Source: Thermosulfurimonas dismutans (lineage in GTDB: Bacteria; Desulfobacterota; Thermodesulfobacteria; Thermodesulfobacteriales; Thermodesulfobacteriaceae). From it: a stretch of 32,000 bases of DNA. The notes under the pieces were generated by a model, which saw only the letters and a list, made by a program, of their open reading frames with translations, made no database searches and was not told where the DNA came from. The stretch is taken from assembly GCF_001652585.1 (NCBI RefSeq), contig NZ_LWLG01000016.1:1-32000 (forward strand), read 5' to 3'. The stretch's first letter is position 1. Each line of letters opens with the position of its first letter. The position numbers and the translations under genes were made by a program. This document shows, in pieces, positions 14,210-23,077 of the stretch.

Positions 14210-16243
14210 GTGGGACTTGATACTAGTAAAACTGAAAAGCCGGAGTCGGAAAAGTATTTTGATCTCCTAAACGACAATCCTAAAAAGGCTCGAAAGGTTT
14301 TAGCTTATTTTGTACGAAGAGCCGTAGCATCCCGAAAGGGCTTTCAAACCCTTTTAGAATTACTTAAAACAGGTCTAACCTCCAGAAATCCAGAAATCAT
14401 TGTTGAAGATCTTCTCTGGGCTACTAAATACAATCTTTTAATCCAAAAAAGAGATTTTTCTCGCTTAAGAGATAAACTCAATAGAATTATCAACTTTTAT
14501 TTTATCCTATATCAGATGAACACCCTTTTCCATCATGCCGGCAGTTTGGAGGAATTCGTAAAAGGTCTGATTGACTTGCTCTTTCATTTCCCGGAATTTA
14601 GGGTTCTATGGGGAAAGATAAATTCTTTGGATACGATCCTTCCTTTTGATGCTCAGGGATTGAAAAAATTCTTCCCTGATGAAATTTTTGAGGATTTCGA
14701 ATGGCTCCGTGAGCCTAGGATTCTGAAACCCTCGGAGATCTCGGAATCACTGATTGAACCCTCCAAAAATTTTGGGGTCGAGCGTTGGGTCCTCATTCCG
14801 CTTGGAGTAAGGGATTGGACTTTCGGAATGCTTATCCTGGGACTCTCGAAAGCCCCTCTTTCAGAATGGGAACGTACGCTCTTTCTTGATGACTTTTATA
14901 ACCACATAAATTCCGCCCTGGAGGCGATCAGAGAGAGGAAGGCCCACGGTAATAATCTTTTCGATGCCGTAACCGAGTTTCCGCTTGAAGGATATTTCCT
15001 GATACTGACGGAAAAAAGATTCCGAGAGGCAAGAGAAAAAGGCGAAAAGCTCATGCTTTTATCGCTAGGTGTGGATCGTCTCATTCACGTCAATCAGGTT
15101 TTTGGTTTCGATACAGGGGATGCCCTTCTTAAAGTTCTTGCTGAAAGACTTAAAGATTTCGTGGGCAAAGATGGGGAAATCGGCCGCGGCCGAAGTGAGA
15201 CTTTCTATCTTCTCGTTCCAAGACCGGAATCGTACGTGGAATATCTGGAAAAACTAAAACGGTTTCTCTCTCTACCAGTCGTTTTAGGGAACTTGCCCCT
15301 TGAAATTACGCTCTCCCTCGGAGTAGCCTTTTTTCCAGAGGATGGTACCGAACCTAGAGATCTCTTAAAAAAGGCCCGTACTGCCCTTCATGAAGCCAAA
15401 CGCCTGGGGGGGAACCGTACAGTCTTCTTTTCTCGGGATCTTCACGAACGGGCCCGCAAGTACCTTGTGCTTCTCCCTCGGCTGAGGCGGGCCATACAGA
15501 AAAACGAATTTGTGGTGTACTGTCAGCCGCGGATAGACGCCAAGGAATGGAAGGTGTGCGGAGGAGAAATTCTGGTAAGGTGGCAGGACCCGGAGAGAGG
15601 TCTCATTCCTCCCGGTGAATTCATCTGGGTGCTCGAAGAATCAGGTCTCATCACGGATTTGGGACTTTGGATAGCCGAAGAAACCTGTCGCATACTTTTG
15701 GATCTTCCCCGGGAGATGTTTGTGTCCCTTAACCTCTCCTTCAACGTCTCTCCCCGCCAATTATGGGGCTCAAACTTTGTGGATCGCTTTATGGACATCC
15801 TCAAAAGATACAGACTGTGTCCGACTAGAATAAAGATCGAAATTACGGAAAATGTATTCGTTGAAAAAACGGAGGAAATAATCAAAGAACTTATAAAGAT
15901 TTCAAAAACAGGGGTGAAAGTGGTTCTAGATGATTTTGGGACCGGTTACTCTTCTCTTCACTATCTCTCCCGTCTCCCGGTACACGATCTAAAGATTGAT
16001 CGAGCTTTCGTAAAGGGACTTCCCAATTCGGTTAAAGACCTTGAAATTGTAAAGGCTATTCTGGCCTTAGCCCGAGCTCTCGGCAAGCGGGTAGTAGCCG
16101 AAGGGGTAGAAACTCGAGAACAGCTAGAGTGTCTCTGTAAACTCGGAGTGGATGAGATCCAGGGCTTCTATTTTGCTCGTCCTCTTCCCTGGCCGGAGTT
16201 TAAAAAATTCGTCTTCGAATTTCGTAAGGAGCACTATATTTAA
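14210..16243 (+). CDS. c-di-GMP phosphodiesterase-type protein: unknown N-terminal domain + degenerate GGDEF + EAL
   Basis: 677 aa. The GGDEF-position motif reads GRGRSETF and is degenerate. EAL-domain motifs are intact: EFVVYCQPRI, LVRWQDPERGLIPPGEFI, NVSPRQL, IEITEN, DDFGTGYSSLHYL, KIDRAFV, AEGVETREQ, QGFYFARP. The start codon is uncertain. Confidence 0.85.
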   Translation: MGLDTSKTEKPESEKYFDLLNDNPKKARKVLAYFVRRAVASRKGFQTLLELLKTGLTSRNPEIIVEDLLWATKYNLLIQKRDFSRLRDKLNRIINFYFILYQMNTLFHHAGSLEEFVKGLIDLLFHFPEFRVLWGKINSLDTILPFDAQGLKKFFPDEIFEDFEWLREPRILKPSEISESLIEPSKNFGVERWVLIPLGVRDWTFGMLILGLSKAPLSEWERTLFLDDFYNHINSALEAIRERKAHGNNLFDAVTEFPLEGYFLILTEKRFREAREKGEKLMLLSLGVDRLIHVNQVFGFDTGDALLKVLAERLKDFVGKDGEIGRGRSETFYLLVPRPESYVEYLEKLKRFLSLPVVLGNLPLEITLSLGVAFFPEDGTEPRDLLKKARTALHEAKRLGGNRTVFFSRDLHERARKYLVLLPRLRRAIQKNEFVVYCQPRIDAKEWKVCGGEILVRWQDPERGLIPPGEFIWVLEESGLITDLGLWIAEETCRILLDLPREMFVSLNLSFNVSPRQLWGSNFVDRFMDILKRYRLCPTRIKIEITENVFVEKTEEIIKELIKISKTGVKVVLDDFGTGYSSLHYLSRLPVHDLKIDRAFVKGLPNSVKDLEIVKAILALARALGKRVVAEGVETREQLECLCKLGVDEIQGFYFARPLPWPEFKKFVFEFRKEHYI

Positions 16244-16281
16244 GGAATGGGCCGGTAGGGGAATGGATTAAAGATTAGTCA

Positions 16282-17511
16282 TTAGAGTAAAAATATTTCG
16301 GCCTCCTCGCCCTCGTATATCCCTTCGCTTTCGGAAGGTATGTGCAAAAGTCCATCGGCCTGGGCCATGGGGGAAAGAATACCTGAGCGGCCAAAAATGG
16401 GCTCTGCCCAGAGTTTTCCCTCTTTGTCTTCCTGCAATTTGACTCTAATATAATCTTCTCGGCCCTGAGCCGAAGCGATATTACGTAATGCTTTGGCCCG
16501 TACTTTAGGTAAAAACAAGTCTTTCCCACAGGCGCCCTGCAGATGCAGTAGAAGGGGACGGACCATTATATAAAATACGACAAGAGCACTTGTGACCTGG
16601 CCCGGTAAGCCGAAAACAGCTTTGTTTCCGGTCCTTGCTAAAATAGTAGGCTTACCCGGTTTAACGGCCACTCCGTGGCAGATAAGTTCTGCGTCGGGAA
16701 GACGCGAGATACAGCGCAAGGTATAATCCCGCGTGCCCACGGAAGAACCGCCGGAAATAAGCACTACGTCGTTTTCCATTAAAGCCTTTTCTAGAGTCGA
16801 ATAAAGGGCCTCTTCCTGATCTGGCACAATGCCCATGATATGGGCTGTACCTCCGGCTTCTTGGACGGCGGCACATAAAGAAAAAGAGTTAGCATCTCGG
16901 ATCTTCCCCGGCTCTAAGGGCGCTTCCGGCGGGACTAGTTCATCGCCCGTAGAAATAATGGCTACCTTAGGCCTTTTGAAGACGGGGATTGAGGTGATCC
17001 CGGCGCTGGCCAGAAGGCCGATATGCCCTGGAGTGATCCGGGTGTGGGCGGCAAGAATGAGCCCACCTTTGGGGATATCTTCCCCTTTAGTAATGACGTT
17101 TTCTCCGGGAGCAACGGGTCTTCTGATTTCAACTAGCTCTCCTATTTCCTCGGCATATTCCAGCATGACAACGGCGTCGGCCCCTTCGGGCAACATGCCT
17201 CCGGTAGCGATCTTGGCGGCTTCCCCCGAAGAAAGGGTAAAGGTAGGTTCAACGCCCATGGGAATCTCTCCCACTAGGCGCAAAACTACCGGCTCTCCTT
17301 CTCTGGCGCCAAAAGTGTCTCTGGCATAGACTGCATAGCCATCCATGGTGGAACGGCTAAAAGGAGGTAAGTCTTCTTGAGAGATGAGATCTTCCGCGCA
17401 AAAACGCCCTTGGGCACTCGTCAAATCTACGTTTTCTTTCCCTAGAGGCGAAAACTTTTCAATGGCACTTAAGACTTCTTCCACCTTTTTGACCTGAAAG
17501 AAGAATTCCAT
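16282..17511 (-). CDS. moeA: Molybdopterin molybdenum/tungsten insertase MoeA
   Basis: 409 aa. LPPFSRSTMDGYAV, the ISTGDELV motif and SGGSSVGTRDY are classical MoeA signatures. Confidence 0.9.
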   Translation of the reverse strand: MEFFFQVKKVEEVLSAIEKFSPLGKENVDLTSAQGRFCAEDLISQEDLPPFSRSTMDGYAVYARDTFGAREGEPVVLRLVGEIPMGVEPTFTLSSGEAAKIATGGMLPEGADAVVMLEYAEEIGELVEIRRPVAPGENVITKGEDIPKGGLILAAHTRITPGHIGLLASAGITSIPVFKRPKVAIISTGDELVPPEAPLEPGKIRDANSFSLCAAVQEAGGTAHIMGIVPDQEEALYSTLEKALMENDVVLISGGSSVGTRDYTLRCISRLPDAELICHGVAVKPGKPTILARTGNKAVFGLPGQVTSALVVFYIMVRPLLLHLQGACGKDLFLPKVRAKALRNIASAQGREDYIRVKLQEDKEGKLWAEPIFGRSGILSPMAQADGLLHIPSESEGIYEGEEAEIFLL

Positions 17512-17513
17512 TT

Positions 17514-18281
17514 TTATATCTTAATCCTTTCGGGAGCATGGAAAACATTTATTCGGTCCGGGCGAGCGTAACAGACGAGTGTGATGCCAGCCCGTCTGGC
17601 TATTTCGAGTCCTAAAGAAGAGGTAGCTGTACGCGACATCACGATAGGAATGCCTATGCGGGCACATTTTAAAACCATATCCGAAGTCAAGCGTCCCGTG
17701 GTATAAACAGCCCCTTTAGGGGTAGCCTTCCCCAGAAGGATAGCCCCTACTATTTTGTCCATGGCGTTGTGGCGTCCGACATCTTCATAAAAAAGCTTAA
17801 GTTCCCCTTCAGACCAGAAACCACACCCATGAACACAGTGTGTTCTGCGTTGAAGGTCAGAGGTCTTTAGGACCTCAAGGATAAAACTTCTTATTTCTTT
17901 CAAGGATATTTGATATTCAGCCAAGGGTTCAAAGTCTCTTTCCAAAAAATCTCGTGAAATCTTACCGGTCCCACCGCAGCCAGAAGTTACAATGAGGTCT
18001 TTTTTTTCGATCTTTTCTATATCCGCATAAACGAATATACCACCCCTTTCGTGACAGAGCCTTACTTCTTTGACCACCTCGGGGCCAGAAAGATAGCCCT
18101 GGGCATAGAGAAAACCTACGCCAAACTCTTCAAGCCCGGTAGGCAAAACCATAGAAGAACCTATGGGCTCTTCATTGAGATAAATTTTGTACGGAACCTC
18201 CTGGATAACTTCTTCAAAATGTTGCCGTTCTTCAGCCGGAGTTCTTATAATGGTTTCTAGTTCTAGGGTAATAGGTCTCAT
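17514..18281 (-). CDS. fdhD: Formate dehydrogenase accessory sulfurtransferase FdhD
   Basis: 255 aa. EDVGRHNAMDKIVG, TSGCGGTGK and the C-terminal TATSSLGLEIARRAGITLVCYAR match the FdhD family pattern. It overlaps the upstream moeA-PBP stop by 4 nt. Confidence 0.9.
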   Translation of the reverse strand: MRPITLELETIIRTPAEERQHFEEVIQEVPYKIYLNEEPIGSSMVLPTGLEEFGVGFLYAQGYLSGPEVVKEVRLCHERGGIFVYADIEKIEKKDLIVTSGCGGTGKISRDFLERDFEPLAEYQISLKEIRSFILEVLKTSDLQRRTHCVHGCGFWSEGELKLFYEDVGRHNAMDKIVGAILLGKATPKGAVYTTGRLTSDMVLKCARIGIPIVMSRTATSSLGLEIARRAGITLVCYARPDRINVFHAPERIKI

Positions 18282-20197
18282 AGGATTATTTTGCCCATCT
18301 CTGAGGTATCATAACCTCCAAGATTTTCAACGGCCTTTTTAAAAGCAGGGTCGGTCAGTACTTCCTGCAAGACTTTGAAGAAGGGGCTTTCATAAAAGTC
18401 TAGACGTATGAGAAGATCGTACCTTTCCTTAAAAAGGGGAATAAACTCCAGATTTAAAAGCTTGGCTGCGGCTCGTATTCCAAGGCCAACGTCGGCCTGC
18501 CCTGTGGCAACGTTTATGGCCACACCGAGATGCGTGGTTTCTTCTACTTCGTAGCCCTGGATTTCTCTAGGTGACACACCAATTTTTTGTAGATGATAAT
18601 CAAGGAGCACTCTTGTTCCTGAACCTGGCTGGCGATTGATAAAGGTTACCTCTTTTTGGGCAAGATCTCTTAAATCTCTAATTCCCTTGGGGTTGCCGGG
18701 TGGAAGGATAAGCCCCTGTTCCCGATAAACGAAATTGATCAAGCGTACTGGTGTTTCCGGTAAGTAGCGTTTTATGTAAGGAACATTAAATTCTCCGGTT
18801 TCGGGATCGAAAAGATGGGTGCCGGCCATGTGGGCCAGCCCATCTTTTATCGCCATAAGACCAGAAAGGCTTCCTACATGAGCCGTAGAGAGTTCAAGAC
18901 CGAGCTCTTTTTGGCGTAGGAACTGGGCTAGAATGTCTAGCGCCAGGTCATGACTCCCTACCACAAGAATGGTTTTGGCAAGGTCCTTTTCTGGACGCAA
19001 AAGTTCTATTTCGCACTCCGCCCCTTGAAGTAAACCCTCGGATTCTGAAGAGATACGGACTATAGCATCCGCACGGGTAAGGGTAGTGATGGCTCCGGCT
19101 CCGCGTTTTAAGGGCAAAAATACGGTTTGCGTCCCAACCTTACCAGCTTTAACGCGCAAAAATTCGGTAACACCGAGTTTGGAGGGAATCTTGCATCCAG
19201 AGACGGCTTTGACCTTGGGGCGCCTAGGGATTCTTGCGCCATACATGGCTTCAAAAACAGGTCTTACCATCTGCTCAAAAGCCAGGACGGCCGATACCGG
19301 ATAACCTGGCACGCCGATTATAGGAGTGTTTTGAACGAGCCCCAGTACTACGGGTTTCCCAGGCATCATTTGTATGCCATGCACCAGAAGTTTTCCTTCT
19401 TCTTCGATCAAAGCGGCCGTATAATCCTTGCTTCCAGCAGAAGATCCAGCAATAAGGGCTATGAGATGAGGCTTTCTTGAGGCGGCCTTTTCGACTGCTT
19501 TTTTGAGCTCTACGTAATTATCTCTTACAATAGGAAAGATTTCGGCCTCTCCTCCCCATTCCTCAACCAGAGCGGCGAGCATGGTGCTGTTGAACTCCAC
19601 CGTCTTTCCAAAAGGGATTTCTCCTTCGGCTTCTTCTGGCAAAACCAGCTCATCCCCCGTGGGGATAAAGATGACACGGGGTTTGGCACGCACGGTAACG
19701 GTTAGGTAACCGGAGGCCAGTAAGACCCCAAGATCCCAAGCCGAAAGCCTGTGGCCTTCGGTAAAAAGCATTTCTCCTTGGACTACATCTTCACCAATAC
19801 GACGTACATGCTGCCAGGGATAAACCGGGGACCTGATCTCTACCAGGTCTTCTTTGATGAAGTGGACGTGTTCAATCATGATGACCGCATTGGTTCCTTC
19901 GGGTAAGGGTTCCCCCGTATTTACCAAAAAGGCTTGCTTTCCTATTTGGAGTAAAAGGGGATTGGCCTCACTTGCGCCAAAAGTATCTTCCGCTCGCACG
20001 GCAATACCGTCCATAGCCGCGCTGTTAAAGCCGGGAAGAGATCGCTTGGCAAAAATAGGTTGGGCCGTGATCCGACCTCTGGCTTCTTTTACAGGAATGT
20101 CCTCTTGAGCAAGCGCCTTTTTCCAGTCCCAGGCATTAAGAAAGATCTTTTGGGCCTCATAAAGGGGTTTCATATGCAGGTATATTTTGCGCTTCAT
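18278..20197 (-). CDS. moeA: MoeA fused to a C-terminal periplasmic-binding-protein-like oxyanion-binding domain
   Basis: 639 aa. Residues 1 to about 400 are MoeA (LPGFNSAAMDGIAV, IPTGDELV, AGSSAGSKDY). The C-terminal 230 aa or so aligns by eye with the C-terminal domain of the regulator at 30808-31668 (HLFDPETGEFNVPY vs HLLDPETQEYNLPF; FINRQPGSGTRVLLD vs FINRNKGSGTRHLLD). Confidence 0.9.
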   Translation of the reverse strand: MKRKIYLHMKPLYEAQKIFLNAWDWKKALAQEDIPVKEARGRITAQPIFAKRSLPGFNSAAMDGIAVRAEDTFGASEANPLLLQIGKQAFLVNTGEPLPEGTNAVIMIEHVHFIKEDLVEIRSPVYPWQHVRRIGEDVVQGEMLFTEGHRLSAWDLGVLLASGYLTVTVRAKPRVIFIPTGDELVLPEEAEGEIPFGKTVEFNSTMLAALVEEWGGEAEIFPIVRDNYVELKKAVEKAASRKPHLIALIAGSSAGSKDYTAALIEEEGKLLVHGIQMMPGKPVVLGLVQNTPIIGVPGYPVSAVLAFEQMVRPVFEAMYGARIPRRPKVKAVSGCKIPSKLGVTEFLRVKAGKVGTQTVFLPLKRGAGAITTLTRADAIVRISSESEGLLQGAECEIELLRPEKDLAKTILVVGSHDLALDILAQFLRQKELGLELSTAHVGSLSGLMAIKDGLAHMAGTHLFDPETGEFNVPYIKRYLPETPVRLINFVYREQGLILPPGNPKGIRDLRDLAQKEVTFINRQPGSGTRVLLDYHLQKIGVSPREIQGYEVEETTHLGVAINVATGQADVGLGIRAAAKLLNLEFIPLFKERYDLLIRLDFYESPFFKVLQEVLTDPAFKKAVENLGGYDTSEMGKIIL

Positions 20198-20282
20198 TAA
20201 ATCCTCCTTAAGATAACATTGAAGCGATTCATCCTTCCTATTTTATCCTCTTTTGCCCTCATCCCACCATCTTGAAATAGGA

Positions 20283-20310
20283 CTTTCCTTGAAGTAATTA
20301 CTTCGGAAAG
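20283..20310. promoter_or_regulatory. Palindrome GAAGTAATTACTTC (perfect 14-mer, 20291-20304), extended imperfectly by CTTTCC / GGAAAG
   Basis: Read directly from the sequence. It lies in the divergent moeA / fdh control region, about 45 bp upstream of the fdh -35 box. It is a candidate operator. Confidence 0.35.
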
Positions 20311-20348
20311 TGTGGAAGTTCTATCTTGCATCTAAGAAGCTAGAAAGC

Positions 20349-20377
20349 TTGACACCAATTTGGTCGAGGAGTATAAG
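20349..20377 (+). promoter_or_regulatory. Sigma70-type promoter TTGACA-17-TATAAG for the fdh operon
   Basis: -35 at 20349-20354, a 17-nt spacer and -10 at 20372-20377. The first gene starts at 20419, about 41 nt downstream. Confidence 0.5.
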
Positions 20378-20418
20378 CTGATTTGCTAACGATGCCAAGG
20401 AAATAAGGGACTTCTTTT

Positions 20419-22251
20419 ATGGTAAGTACTTCTTTCCACGTTTTATTAAAAAAAGGGGATAAATTTTTACTGAATCGGGTTTCTTCTCAGGAAGAGATCC
20501 CCTCAGAGGCGGTGCTGGTGGGCCTTTTTTCAGACCAGGCCCCGGAGGCCTCCTGGCTCGCCTCCCCCACACTTAGGGTCAATGCCGATCTCGGTACTTT
20601 TGAGGAGTCTTTTCTATACGCCTTGGCGCTGGCTGAGAAAGCCCGCTTTGAAGAAAACTATTTCAAGAGCTACACCTTAGACACCCGGGGAAAGATCATC
20701 GTCCTTGCTCGAAAGCCGGAAACCCTCCAAGATTTTGTGGAGATCTACGGAGGCATCCTTGATCTCTTTCCTGTGGTCCTCGGTACCCCCTGTCTTTCCT
20801 TTCCGGTGGCCGAAGATCTTTCCCTTGAGAAGACCTCCTCGGGCTTTCGCTTGACTTTCCTACGCCGGCTTCCTATTGACCCCGAAAAATGTCTCTTTTG
20901 TGGTCGGTGCGGTCCGGTATGTAATAAAGAAGCTCTTCTTCCGGATCTTCAGGTCGATCTTTCTCGTTGTGATCAGTGCGGAGAATGTGTGGCGGTTTGC
21001 CCCACCGAGGCTATTGATTTCCACCGCTACACGCGCCTAGAGGTCGAGGCTCCCTATATCCTCTTTCTGGAAGAACCTACTATCCCTATCCCCGAAGAAA
21101 AAGAGAACATTTTTACCAGGGATAAGCTTGAGGAGCTTTTGGCTCTTCAAGGACTCCATCAGGTAGATGAGGTCATACGTTTCTCTTCCGATCTATGCCA
21201 GCACATCGCCCGCTTAAAGGCGGGCTGTAAGCGATGCCTTGAGACCTGTCCGGAGGGGGCGATCAGGGAAAGCGATGGAGGGCTTAAGATAAATCACTTC
21301 CGCTGTGCAGGCTGCGGCTCCTGTGTGGCCGCCTGTCCTACCGGGGCCCTCCAGTACGCCCCCTTTGACGACCGAAGTTTTGTGGCCTATTTCCAAAACC
21401 TTCCTCTCCCCAAAGGGACCACCGTTCTCATCGCTCCGGAGGAGACCTTAAAGCTCATCTGGTGGCGCAAAAACGGTACCCGCTTCCCTGATGTCTTTTT
21501 CTTAGAGTATCCAGAACCACGCGCTCTAACGAGTATGCACCTGCTCTTTCTCTGGGCCCGAGGGGTCTCCCGGGTGATTCTGGTAACAGAAGAGGCCCGG
21601 GCCCTTTCCGAAGAGGTTGAGCTTGCCAACGAAATCATCTTTCTCCTCTGGGGTTTTAAGCCTTTTGAGATTCTTACCTCAGAAGAGGTCCTTAGGGCCT
21701 CTTTAGAACCGGAAGCCCAAAATCCCCTCAAAGAGTCCTTTGAGAAGTTTGAGTTTCGTTCTCGGCGGAGGGCCATCGCGGCCCTCCTTTCCTTTTTCCT
21801 TGAAAGCCAGGCTCCCGAGGCTTCCCTTCCCGAAATAAAAAGTGAAACCTTCGGAGAGATCCTCTGTGACGAAAGCCGCTGTACCCTATGTGCCGCTTGT
21901 TTAAACGAGTGCCATACCGAGGCCCTGAGGGGCGATCCCGAATCCTACGCCTTGGTTTTCACCCCTGTCCTTTGCGTCCAGTGCGGAACCTGTGTCTCCG
22001 TCTGCCCGGAGGAGGTCTTGAAGAAAGCGCCTGGGCTTCGGCTTTCCCCGGAATTTTTGCAGGAAAAGGTCTTGGCCCAGGACGAACCGATTAAGTGTCT
22101 CATGTGCGGCAAGATCTTCGGTACGAAAAAGAGTTTTGAAAAGGTTAGGACCACGCTCAATTCTTTGGGAAGATGGGCTGAGGTCGAGGGCCTGCTTCCG
22201 TACTGTGAGACCTGTCGGGTGATTAAGATGTTTAGCGAAAAGGAGGCCTAG
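20419..22251 (+). CDS. FDH-associated multi-cluster 4Fe-4S ferredoxin-domain protein (polyferredoxin-like)
   Basis: 610 aa. Six CxxCxxCxxxC(P/H/N) motifs are present (CLFCGRCGPVCN, CDQCGECVAVCP, CKRCLETCP, CAGCGSCVAACP, CTLCAACLNECH, CVQCGTCVSVCP). A terminal CLMCG...CETC pair is also present. The N-terminal 155 aa or so and a central Cys-free segment of about 150 aa belong to no family I recognise. Confidence 0.8.
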   Translation: MVSTSFHVLLKKGDKFLLNRVSSQEEIPSEAVLVGLFSDQAPEASWLASPTLRVNADLGTFEESFLYALALAEKARFEENYFKSYTLDTRGKIIVLARKPETLQDFVEIYGGILDLFPVVLGTPCLSFPVAEDLSLEKTSSGFRLTFLRRLPIDPEKCLFCGRCGPVCNKEALLPDLQVDLSRCDQCGECVAVCPTEAIDFHRYTRLEVEAPYILFLEEPTIPIPEEKENIFTRDKLEELLALQGLHQVDEVIRFSSDLCQHIARLKAGCKRCLETCPEGAIRESDGGLKINHFRCAGCGSCVAACPTGALQYAPFDDRSFVAYFQNLPLPKGTTVLIAPEETLKLIWWRKNGTRFPDVFFLEYPEPRALTSMHLLFLWARGVSRVILVTEEARALSEEVELANEIIFLLWGFKPFEILTSEEVLRASLEPEAQNPLKESFEKFEFRSRRRAIAALLSFFLESQAPEASLPEIKSETFGEILCDESRCTLCAACLNECHTEALRGDPESYALVFTPVLCVQCGTCVSVCPEEVLKKAPGLRLSPEFLQEKVLAQDEPIKCLMCGKIFGTKKSFEKVRTTLNSLGRWAEVEGLLPYCETCRVIKMFSEKEA

Positions 22252-22854
22252 GTGTCGCTTTCTGAGGTTGAACGTGCCCGTATTTTTATGCTTGATCTGG
22301 CGAAATCTTTCTTTCTTGGAGAACCTTCAGAGGAAAAATGCCAGGCCTGGGAGAAGGCCCTTGCCGCCCTCGACGGCCAGACCGGTTTCGCGCCTCTCGA
22401 TCAGGCGGTGAGGGACCTCAGGGAATATCTTGCGCAGACTCCCCTTTCAGCCCTTTCTGAGGAATACTACCGGCTTTTTGTAGACCCTTTCAATGAAAAG
22501 CCCGTCTTGCTTACAGCCTCTTATCACATAGATGGTAAAAACTACGGACCGACTCTGGCCAAGTTACGCAGTTTCCTGAAGGAAATAGGGCTTGTTAAAG
22601 ACGAAAATTTTAAGGAACCAGAAGATTCTTTGGTCTGTCTCCTTGACTTTTTGATTTCCCTTATCTACGTTGAAAGAAAGGAACTTTCGAGGGCGCAAGA
22701 GAAGCTTTTGACTAATTTTTTGAAACCGTGTGTAGAGGGGTTAAGTCAGGCCTTGGAGGAAAGAGAAGAGACCGGGTTTTATCGCCGGTGTGCGGCCTTC
22801 CTTAAGGCCTATATCCTCCTCGAGGAACGTTTCTTTCTCGAGGGGGAAGTTTAA
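22252..22854 (+). CDS. TorD/DmsD-family redox-enzyme maturation chaperone
   Basis: 200 aa. GTG start with AAAGGAGG 5 nt upstream. EEYYRLFVDPF and EPEDSLVCLLDFLISL match TorD-family motifs. It lies upstream of the Tat-dependent FdhA. Confidence 0.8.
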   Translation: MSLSEVERARIFMLDLAKSFFLGEPSEEKCQAWEKALAALDGQTGFAPLDQAVRDLREYLAQTPLSALSEEYYRLFVDPFNEKPVLLTASYHIDGKNYGPTLAKLRSFLKEIGLVKDENFKEPEDSLVCLLDFLISLIYVERKELSRAQEKLLTNFLKPCVEGLSQALEEREETGFYRRCAAFLKAYILLEERFFLEGEV

Positions 22855-22878
22855 AATGTGTAGTTAAGGAGGGAAGAG

Positions 22879-23064
22879 ATGGCTAAAAAAGTGGATGAGA
22901 CTAGACGATCTATCATAAAGAGTATGCTTTTGGCCGCGGGGACGGCCCTGGCTTTAAGCTCTAAGAAGGCCAGGGCTCAAAAGGCTGCCCCTGAGAGTCA
23001 GGACGAGATCCTTTATCGTGAGACGGAGGCCTTCCGGGCCTATTACGAATCTCTTAGAAATTAA
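22879..23064 (+). CDS. Small Tat-signal protein of formate dehydrogenase regions
   Basis: 61 aa. Twin-arginine signal ETRRSIIKSMLLAAGTALALSSKKARA and C-terminal ETEAFRAYYESLRN. SD GGAGGGAAGAG lies upstream. Its size and position match the small Tat-target proteins found next to periplasmic FDH genes. Confidence 0.7.
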   Translation: MAKKVDETRRSIIKSMLLAAGTALALSSKKARAQKAAPESQDEILYRETEAFRAYYESLRN

Positions 23065-23077
23065 AGGAGGTACGCAA

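Noticed and set aside
20280-20288. GGAAAGTCC on the minus strand, identical to the core of the RNase P RNA CR-I motif
   Set aside because: The match is only 9 nt. The flanking sequence is AT-rich and lacks the GGGC continuation and the other conserved RNase P regions. It is part of the palindrome flank instead.
20198-20418. Possible Moco riboswitch upstream of the moeA operon; the tupA leader (30652-30710) was also checked
   Set aside because: Both leaders are short and AT-rich. Neither shows the extended GC-rich multi-stem architecture expected of the Moco RNA motif. A covariance-model scan would be needed to exclude it formally.
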